Positions 58,901 to 64,000 of a stretch of 64,000 nt of DNA are shown here, piece by piece. The notes beneath the pieces are model-generated. The model saw only the letters and a list, made by a program, of their open reading frames with translations, did not search any database and was not told the DNA's origin. Every line of letters starts with the position of its first letter. Positions within the stretch are counted from its first letter, which is position 1. The position numbers and the translations under genes were made by a program. The DNA lies in contig CAKVLS010000003.1 in assembly GCA_934757865.1 (NCBI GenBank), positions 67,180 through 131,179 of the forward strand, given 5' to 3'. The DNA is from an uncultured Clostridia bacterium (GTDB taxonomy: Bacteria > Bacillota > Clostridia > Christensenellales > UBA1242).

Positions 58901-61900
58901 CCAATTACTTTACCTTCAGGGCTAAAGAGAATAGAAATGTATGCATTTAGCTTCAGCTATGGTTATTACAGTGCATCGGCGGCAAGCCCAGTTATTCTTC
59001 CTGAAGGACTAGAATATATAGGAACCCATGGCATTGTTTTATGGGACATTAGTGAATTATATCTTCCAAGTAGCATAACAGAACTTGGTTCAAATTTGGG
59101 CACCACAATTATTGATAGTGTGGATGCTGTATATATTAACAATACATATTGTTATGAAAATGTATTGAATACTGATACAACTTGCTTTAGATTTGAAACT
59201 GAGGTTAAAAAAGTCTACGTCCTAGCTTCAGTAGATGACGGTACTAATACATATCTAAAAAACACAGCTAATTTCCCATACAAGTATACCGGCGTGGTAT
59301 ACAACGGCAAGACATATAACTTGTACAGCAAAGAAGAGTTTAACCAAAGAATTACAATGCTTGCAGATGGCAGCAGAAGGACATATTTTGGAAATAATGG
59401 ACAGGCTCTTTCTACCTTCTTGCCGGAGGAGTTAAATGAGCATAACACTAGCGGTTATTACTCTGTAGATGCAAATGGTGTGCGTACCTACTACGATGCA
59501 AGTTATATTGTTACTGAGGAGTTAGAGCTAAGAACTTACACAGCAACTTTTGACGGTCTAAAATTTACTGCAGATAATACTTCTAACCCAACATATTATT
59601 GTGTAGAAAGGAGTTCTTCTACTGTAAAGATCTCAACCAAAACCCTTGTTATTCCAAAATATTACAATGGACTACCTGTTAAAGTCGTAGGAAAAGTTCC
59701 ATATGAAAACGGTGCTGTGTATACATTTGAGATACCTAATACAGTAGAAGTTTTTGCTCCAGAAATTATGTATCATTGTAGCTCTCTATATTTACCAGAT
59801 AGTGTAAAAGCTATTGGAACAATTTCAAATCTATACGGTAACAATATAAACAAGGTAAGTCTACCACCTACTCTTGAGAAGATTAATGCTGTCGTTTCTG
59901 GGAACTCAGTAACATATTCTGCTACAATAGAGAATCCATTTAAGTGGAGTAATTATTTAGATAGTATAGAGTTAAGAGGCGAGAGTGAGAATTTTAAGGT
60001 AGTAAATAACTGCTTATTGTCAAAAGATGGTAAAACTCTAATATCTGGCACTAGAAAATCTATAATACCTGATGGCGTTACTATTATAGGCATCAGTGCT
60101 TTTGAAAAAATTAATCCTTCTACACTTACATTGCCAGATGGTCTTGAAAGAATTGAAGATAATGCTTTTAAGGACTCTAACTGTGGCGGGATTGCAGAGT
60201 TGGTTTGCCCAAGCACTTTGAAATACATTGGACAAAGAGCTTTTAGTAATATAAGTAGCAAACTTACAAAAATTACACTTAATGAAAGCTTGGAAACGCT
60301 TAATTATAGTTCTTTTGAATATGCAAAAATAACCGAAATTAATATTCCGGCAGAATGCACTATTAACGGAGTCATTTCATATGAATATTCCAACCCATTT
60401 AGAGCATGTAAAAATCTTGTCAGCATTACTGTAAGTGCTGGTAGTACAAAATACAAAGTCGTAGATAATTGTTTATTAACTATAGATGGAAAAGATCTAA
60501 TTTTTGGATGCAATACATCTATTATTCCATCAAGCGTTGAGACTATCGGTTACCTAGCATTTAGCGGAGTCCAAAAGGATGAAATAACTATTCCGGAAAA
60601 TGTAAAGACCATTGAACATAGTGCTTTCTTCCAGTCTAGTATTAAGACGGTATATTTTTCTGCAGGACTAACAAAATGCGCATCTGGTGTTCTTGATGAT
60701 GGTATAAGTACTATATATATTAATAATAGTTATACTTACAGTCTAACTTATTATTATTCAAATAAGTCTGACGGGCTTATCAGTGCTAGTGCTTCTATCA
60801 AATTAATCTATGTCCTAGCTTCAGCAGATGATGGCTCTAATACTTATATTAGTACAACTAATTATCCTTACAAGTATACTGGCGTGGTATATAAAGGCAA
60901 CACATACAACTTGTACAGTAAGGAAAAATTAGATACATACGCAATAACACTTACTGTAGACGGTGTAGAGCATACTTATGACGGTACAAGAGGTTATACA
61001 TTATCTTCAGCTATCCCAGAAGAGTTTAACGAGCATAATACTAGCGGATACTATATTGAGCTTGATAATGGAGACCGTGATTATTACGATGCTGACTATG
61101 TAATAATGGGTCCAATCTCTCTAACTACTCATAAGGCTACTTTAGATCACTTATCTTTTACTCCTGATGATGAATCTAACCCTACATATTACAAAGTAAA
61201 AGGTACATCTGTTGTTGAAAATGCTGTCATACCAAAACTATACAACAACAAACCTGTTAAAGAGTTGCCTGATGATGCTTTTTGGTTATATAAATACAAA
61301 TCTGTTGAGATGCCAGTTACAATAGAAACTATTGGTAGAGGCGCACTATATGCGATAGGTTTGACATCTCTATATATTCCACAAAATGTCAAAACTATAA
61401 CAGATTACAACCCAGCATGGGGCAATGAAGATTTAGCGGAAATAAAAGTAGACTCAAAGAACCAATATTTTACCGATATGGATAGTAACATAATCGTAGG
61501 AAAAGCTACTATGAGATTAGTAACAGGTAGCAAAAATTGCACAATTATACCTGATGGTATAAAGGTAATAGGGCAAAATGCATATTATGGTTTTTATAAT
61601 TTAGGTGCTGTAGTGCTTCCTAATACAGTTGAAGAAATTGAATTTTATGCATTTAATGGCTGCGGAATTACAAGTATAAATCTACCAGAAGGCTTGACTA
61701 AAATAGGGAGTATGTCATTAATGTATTTGAGGGCAGAAAGCATAACTTTGCCTGAGAGTTTGACGACTATAGAAAGTGATGCTTTTGGTTATGGATACCT
61801 AAAATCTATACATATCCCAAAAAATTTAACTCAAATGTATGACAATGCGTTTTATGATTGCCCTCTTACAAGTATTACTGTAGATAGTGAGAATAAAGCT

Positions 61901-62935
61901 TTTTATACTATAGATAACAACTGTCTAATTAAAACTGGTACCAAAGAGTTACTTATAGGGACAAAAGACACTGTTATTCCGTCAGATATAAAATCTATAG
62001 GTACTCGTGCTTTTTACCGTATCAAAGAGATAACTAATATTACTATTCCTGAATCTTGCACATCTATTAGTGCATATGCATTTGAAGGAACTAAACTTAC
62101 TTCGGTCACTATTCCTGCATCTATTTCTCGATATGTTGGGCAAGGGGCTTTTGATATAGATACTTTGAAGACTGTATATATTGATAGCTCACAAATCTAC
62201 AAGGCCGCTACAAAAGCAGATATCCATACTGTAGGTGGCTTGTTAAAAAACGCTACCAGAGTTTATATCCTAGCGTCAGTTGATGACGGCTCTAATACAT
62301 ATCTAAGCAATACTACCAACTACCCATACAAGTACACTGGCATGACTTATAATGGTAAGACTTATAATGTGTATAGCAAAGAGCAAGCGTATAGTGTAAC
62401 TCATAGTAGGTCAGATGGAAAAGTGGCTGTTAATGGATTGCAATCTAAATATTTTTCGGGGGATACAGTTAAGTTTTCATTCTCATTCGGAGATTATTAC
62501 GAATTAAGTTCTTATACTATATCTGGAGGAGTTACAGCTACTAAGTCTGGTGCCAACTATACCTTTACAATGCCTAGTAAAAATTGCACAATTAGTGCAA
62601 CAGCTAAGAGGAAGTCGGGGCTAACTAATATATACTTCATATCTATCAAGATAATGAATGGGTACACTTACGATCAAGTTATGAGAGCGGGTGGAACAAC
62701 CGAGTTTGGATATGAATATGACGCAAATGACAAAGGTCATTCAACAGGTTTTTTCCTAAAAGCTCCATATAAATTGAACAAAGTAGAAGTATATAATGGT
62801 TCTACTCAGACCTATAGCTTTGAAGGTTCAGATCAAGTTAAGGCATTTGCAAATGATGCTTATGCATTTTGGGTTGATGTTAACTGGAAAACGTTAAATT
62901 ATGATCCAATTTATTATCTATATATAACGACATAA
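52982..62935 (+). CDS. giant N-terminally anchored surface protein (3317 aa): Flg_new / divergent InlB B-repeats followed by four BspA-type leucine-rich-repeat supermodules
   Basis: One N-terminal TM helix. Many repeats of the form Y.I.Y.LDGG...FTLP.PTK.GY.F.GWTG...GN..YTANW. LRR_5-like units (IP..V..IG..AF..C..L..I). No LPXTG motif. Confidence 0.9.
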   Translation: MGDMNWEDTERGGHLKKFFIKMLVFLLVIAIAVVAVIFLRPKKEYYNVGVTGETYCIPHLTGEGKYESGKTITISADDIPGYAFRNWTLNGEVVSTDAEYTFVVKKETSGTYIANYEAINYSVRMLGIYGAFSVTPTANVGDLIEIKDITPNEGYEAGRAYYTLDTNTEEITIVNNKFYMPAGDVRVIVEFNPITYTIEYELDEGKFEEGTTVVSTYNIKTTSFTLPKPTKFGYDFIGWTGPNLNYPTETVTIRRGSTGNRKYTANYEYHTYSITNVNGQNGTITVDSSAKYKSTVGVSVTANGGFGLSELYYILEGTDTKVPIIDNAFEMPAGNVTIYSTFSKIGYTIKLANITHGSVNIDKTSAYLGESVGIRVQADTAYRFSRSYYVVDGSVEQREFSGSFYMPGGNVTVVVEFTPEIYSLKLNLNGGKLNGVSYDGIYEYMTYTVESNRIVLPTPDEREDYEFLGWSGTDILPEGSYVLSYVIPRGSWGERTYSANWKIRTYKITFNNYDGSELLVLPAVEHGTIPQYVGTPTKPSTEEYDYIFNGWSPSLVAATKEAIYTATFTQKLHEYTITFDSCGGESVNPYIRHYNDNIGTMPTPTRRGYNLEGWFTRAEGGAQMIASDKVTADATYYAHWSLVEYTVEIDLAGGSFSGQTSFTYNVTSEDIAIQRPSKTGYTFTGFTGTELSEKTLDVTIAQGSVGNRVYLATYEAIKYTIKWLNYDGSTLLEEQVAYDTMPEYSGEKPTKPRDTEYSYVFNNVWQPAITKVTGNASYTAQFEAVTNGYTISFDSRGGSDVHEITKDYNKEIGTLPIPTFDGYTFDGWYTAVTGGDKLTETTKVTEDKTYYAHWSVITYTISYSLDGGTGTGVTSYTVETETFTLFTPTKTGYAFVGWTGTDLTSATVEVVIEKGSIGNRSYTANWSQSAFNISKGTVTNGTIDAPANAFMGATVTITATPAEGYEVSNYYYIAAGSTEKVTATNGSFTMPASDVTVYAEFVKATFTITIADTTNGLVKSSKTSATMGEEITLTITADNGYFANSVSYRLAGSTQDITITNSKFTMPASNITVYVVFGFRNYTITKGTIANGTLTVPDTAKYKDTVTVTATPATGYELTALYYYLEGDNTTKITVTDNKFTMPASNITIYAEFTAMTKVTVDIEGTIRSFPCAKGAKLEDILPEDLNEHNTSGYYTEDESGDRTYYDASYVVTGDITLKTHLATLDKLTFTADNASSPTSYSVKGSDNTATSIVIPKLYNNLPVKAIAEAAFSKYEKLTKLEMSNTIELIGLKGSGESTWARIINDSLITSIYLSENVKTIYPGAFSGVQLTSIKVSKNNTSYKVVNDCLLTFDGESLIAGCSGDITIPSSVKTIEAHAFDQNMVTSITFNEVLETINSYAFYKNKLSQITFPLTLKEIGGSAFAYGSLEEVVFNEGLEDIREDAFTNGKIKDLNIPKTVKIIEKNPFKNIGYLETITVVEGNSYYKSVDNCLLTIDGEYLITGCKNSAIPNTVKEIKEYAFANVNLRKINIPNGVERIEKYAFFEVPLDEVFLPSSISEVGLGAFMTLESLVTVYLNNTYCYTNADGGFYDDLGQVLGHATKVYVLASVDDGSNAYLSDTTKFPYVYAGIMYNGNTYKLYSKEKVELVTVTLTVDGVEHTYDGFKNSTLASALPEEYNEYNTSGYYIELDNGDRDYYDGDYVLTAPISLTTHVATLDKIRFSKLGSGYKAGFKNTSITGDYVIPRLYDGLPVIQIESRSSYSFGSSKTVNITSIEYPSSITFIGSNALTDTKIQSLFVSKNIVNFNLGITVKCNELKSIKVDTRNAKYKDYNQNCVLTIDGKTLISGTKNTTEIPSGVTKIENDAFHALTSLRSIIITEGVTTIGHDAFAYTGLTQVVLPKSLTKINWRAFMNCYGLTKITVAEGNITYKSVNDNCVLSADGTKLITWTKEVTIPDTVTSIESYGAITITDKPITLPSGLKRIEMYAFSFSYGYYSASAASPVILPEGLEYIGTHGIVLWDISELYLPSSITELGSNLGTTIIDSVDAVYINNTYCYENVLNTDTTCFRFETEVKKVYVLASVDDGTNTYLKNTANFPYKYTGVVYNGKTYNLYSKEEFNQRITMLADGSRRTYFGNNGQALSTFLPEELNEHNTSGYYSVDANGVRTYYDASYIVTEELELRTYTATFDGLKFTADNTSNPTYYCVERSSSTVKISTKTLVIPKYYNGLPVKVVGKVPYENGAVYTFEIPNTVEVFAPEIMYHCSSLYLPDSVKAIGTISNLYGNNINKVSLPPTLEKINAVVSGNSVTYSATIENPFKWSNYLDSIELRGESENFKVVNNCLLSKDGKTLISGTRKSIIPDGVTIIGISAFEKINPSTLTLPDGLERIEDNAFKDSNCGGIAELVCPSTLKYIGQRAFSNISSKLTKITLNESLETLNYSSFEYAKITEINIPAECTINGVISYEYSNPFRACKNLVSITVSAGSTKYKVVDNCLLTIDGKDLIFGCNTSIIPSSVETIGYLAFSGVQKDEITIPENVKTIEHSAFFQSSIKTVYFSAGLTKCASGVLDDGISTIYINNSYTYSLTYYYSNKSDGLISASASIKLIYVLASADDGSNTYISTTNYPYKYTGVVYKGNTYNLYSKEKLDTYAITLTVDGVEHTYDGTRGYTLSSAIPEEFNEHNTSGYYIELDNGDRDYYDADYVIMGPISLTTHKATLDHLSFTPDDESNPTYYKVKGTSVVENAVIPKLYNNKPVKELPDDAFWLYKYKSVEMPVTIETIGRGALYAIGLTSLYIPQNVKTITDYNPAWGNEDLAEIKVDSKNQYFTDMDSNIIVGKATMRLVTGSKNCTIIPDGIKVIGQNAYYGFYNLGAVVLPNTVEEIEFYAFNGCGITSINLPEGLTKIGSMSLMYLRAESITLPESLTTIESDAFGYGYLKSIHIPKNLTQMYDNAFYDCPLTSITVDSENKAFYTIDNNCLIKTGTKELLIGTKDTVIPSDIKSIGTRAFYRIKEITNITIPESCTSISAYAFEGTKLTSVTIPASISRYVGQGAFDIDTLKTVYIDSSQIYKAATKADIHTVGGLLKNATRVYILASVDDGSNTYLSNTTNYPYKYTGMTYNGKTYNVYSKEQAYSVTHSRSDGKVAVNGLQSKYFSGDTVKFSFSFGDYYELSSYTISGGVTATKSGANYTFTMPSKNCTISATAKRKSGLTNIYFISIKIMNGYTYDQVMRAGGTTEFGYEYDANDKGHSTGFFLKAPYKLNKVEVYNGSTQTYSFEGSDQVKAFANDAYAFWVDVNWKTLNYDPIYYLYITT
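56452..62386 (+). repeat. four tandem 1.4-1.6 kb intragenic supermodules
   Basis: Unit boundaries are about 56452-57916, 57917-59338, 59339-60928 and 60929-62386. Each starts with a ...NEHNTSGYY...DYYD... domain and ends with (K/R)VY(V/I)LAS.DDG(S/T)N.Y...Y.G..Y.G.TY.(L/V)YSKE. Units 2 and 4 look about 80 percent identical at the DNA level over their first 230 nt, by eye. Confidence 0.8.
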
Positions 62936-62944
62936 CTTAATTAA

Positions 62945-62972
62945 AAAAGACCAAATTATTTTGGTCTTTTTT
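62945..62972 (+). terminator. intrinsic terminator of the giant gene
   Basis: AAAGACCAAA-ttat-TTTGGTCTTT hairpin followed by a T-run. Confidence 0.8.
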
Positions 62973-63074
62973 TGTTCGGTTGATTTGTTCTTTGTTTATT
63001 TTATCCGTCTATTTTACCTTCTTGTTTTATCTATTTGTTATGCTTATTCGACTTTTTATTCTATTTGTTTTTTT

Positions 63075-63100
63075 TGTTTATATGTTTTGTTTATATGTTT
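63075..63100 (+). repeat. 13-bp tandem duplication (TGTTTATATGTTT x2) inside a T-rich, A/C-poor tract
   Basis: Exact adjacent copies at 63075-63087 and 63088-63100, with a partial third copy at 63117-63132. Confidence 0.4.
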
Positions 63101-63371
63101 TATTTATTTGCTTTACTTATATGTTTTATTTTTTATCAAACTTATTATACTTGATTTCATGAGATTGATAAGTTGTGTTTTATCTTGTTTTTTAAGTTTT
63201 ATATTTTAAGTGAGTGCAATTTGCTGGCGTGATTGATAGATTTGTGTTTTGGCGGAGTGGGTTTTTGAGTGAATAAAATTATGTAGAAATTTGTTTAATT
63301 GGTGTTGTTTTTGGGCGGCTAAAATGTTATAATTGGAACTGGGAATTTATATATTATTTTAGGAGATTATT

Positions 63372-64000
63372 ATGTACATTAAGGCAAGTAGAAAGTGGCA
63401 ATTTGCACTCGAAATAGCTATGGTTGTGATTGGCACTTTTGTTATGGGCTTTGCGTTCAGCGTGTTTTTGGAGCCTAACGAAATTTCGACCGGCGGATTT
63501 TCTGCGTTATCTATGGTAATTAGTATTTGGCTTGCAAAAATTGGGCTTCCTAATGTCCCAACTTCTGCCATTTATCTAGTGCTAAATATCGGGCTATACT
63601 TTTTGGCTCTCAAGACTCTTGGTAAAAAGTTCGCAATCAAGGCACTAATAGGCATTGTTTCGTTTTCGCTTAGTATGGAACTTTTTAGTATGCTAAACAT
63701 CAACTTGCCATTTGAAACTCTAGTTTCGGCTATTTATGGCGGCGTAATTATGGGTGTGGGCGTTGGTCTTGTTGTGCGTTTTGGAGGTTCAACAGGAGGC
63801 TCAGATATGATAGCTTGCATAGTCAAAAAGAAAAACCCAACCGCAACTATTGGCACGCTTATGATATGTGTAGATATGTTTATTATCTTTCTTACAGTTA
63901 TAACTTTTAGCAACGGCGTTGGGCTTTTGCCTTATACAATTATCGCCCTTGTACTTAGTATGTTTGTTACAGACTTCGTCAACGAGGGTTACAAACAAAT
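63372..64000 (+). CDS. YitT-family (DUF2179-type) membrane protein, 3' truncated by window edge
   Basis: My own translation gives MYIKASRKWQFALEIAMVVIGTF...STGGFSALSMVI...RFGGSTGGSDMIA. AGGAGA RBS and TGTTATAAT extended -10 upstream. This ORF is absent from the supplied track because it has no stop in the window. Confidence 0.8.
   Translation, partial: MYIKASRKWQFALEIAMVVIGTFVMGFAFSVFLEPNEISTGGFSALSMVISIWLAKIGLPNVPTSAIYLVLNIGLYFLALKTLGKKFAIKALIGIVSFSLSMELFSMLNINLPFETLVSAIYGGVIMGVGVGLVVRFGGSTGGSDMIACIVKKKNPTATIGTLMICVDMFIIFLTVITFSNGVGLLPYTIIALVLSMFVTDFVNEGYKQ

Noticed and set aside
62961-63209. Two overlapping Phe/Leu/Tyr-rich ORFs (82 and 60 aa) after the giant gene
   Set aside because: They are artefacts of a T-rich tract lying downstream of a strong terminator. 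They have no RBS and overlap each other in different frames.
1-64000. Alternative genetic code, CRISPR arrays, tRNA/rRNA genes, prophage or intact IS elements
   Set aside because: All conserved genes are intact under the standard code, and TGA is used as a stop (for example at 37271-37273). I found no direct-repeat/spacer arrays, no tRNA-like T-loop sequences, and no integrase or active transposase.

Overview
A 64-kb, low-GC (about one third G+C by eye) chromosomal segment using the standard genetic code (TGA, TAA and TAG all serve as stops). It looks like an anaerobic, monoderm, lipoprotein-making Bacillota-type genome; finer taxonomy cannot be set from the sequence alone. Most of the window is housekeeping. 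This includes a TrkH/KtrB fragment, an inositol monophosphatase, a PHP phosphoesterase, QueH, a P-type ATPase, an aspS-gatCAB operon and a SpoT-like hydrolase. It also includes Pgi, a NUDIX hydrolase, Lgt, a split ChrA pair, class III ribonucleotide reductase nrdDG, a YfcE-like phosphodiesterase, an ABC exporter, a GNAT, a GH13 enzyme and a YitT fragment. Three large surface proteins share Listeria-Bacteroides (InlB B-type, Flg_new) repeats: an 807-aa lipoprotein, a 1797-aa protein and a 3317-aa protein. I saw no rRNA, tRNA, CRISPR array or intact mobile element. The observations most worth follow-up are: (1) a 15-codon Asn/Asp-rich leader ORF with mutually exclusive terminator and antiterminator helices upstream of aspS-gatCAB, which looks like ribosome-mediated attenuation where a T-box would be expected; (2) a lipoprotein whose N-terminal domain carries the three hallmark motifs of GT80 (PmST1-type) sialyltransferases, fused to adhesin-type repeats; (3) a roughly 400-nt GC-enriched non-coding island with internal repeats, next to (4) a catalytically dead IS200/RayT-fold protein with a C-terminal HTH that heads an operon ending in the 1797-aa protein; (5) tandem cytoplasmic WG-repeat paralogs; (6) two transglutaminase-fold proteins around a small ORF; (7) an XRE regulator translationally coupled to a truncated SpoT-like hydrolase with a degenerate synthetase domain; and (8) arrays of helically phased A/T tracts in several intergenic regions. 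All protein family calls come from motifs recognised by eye. No database search was run.
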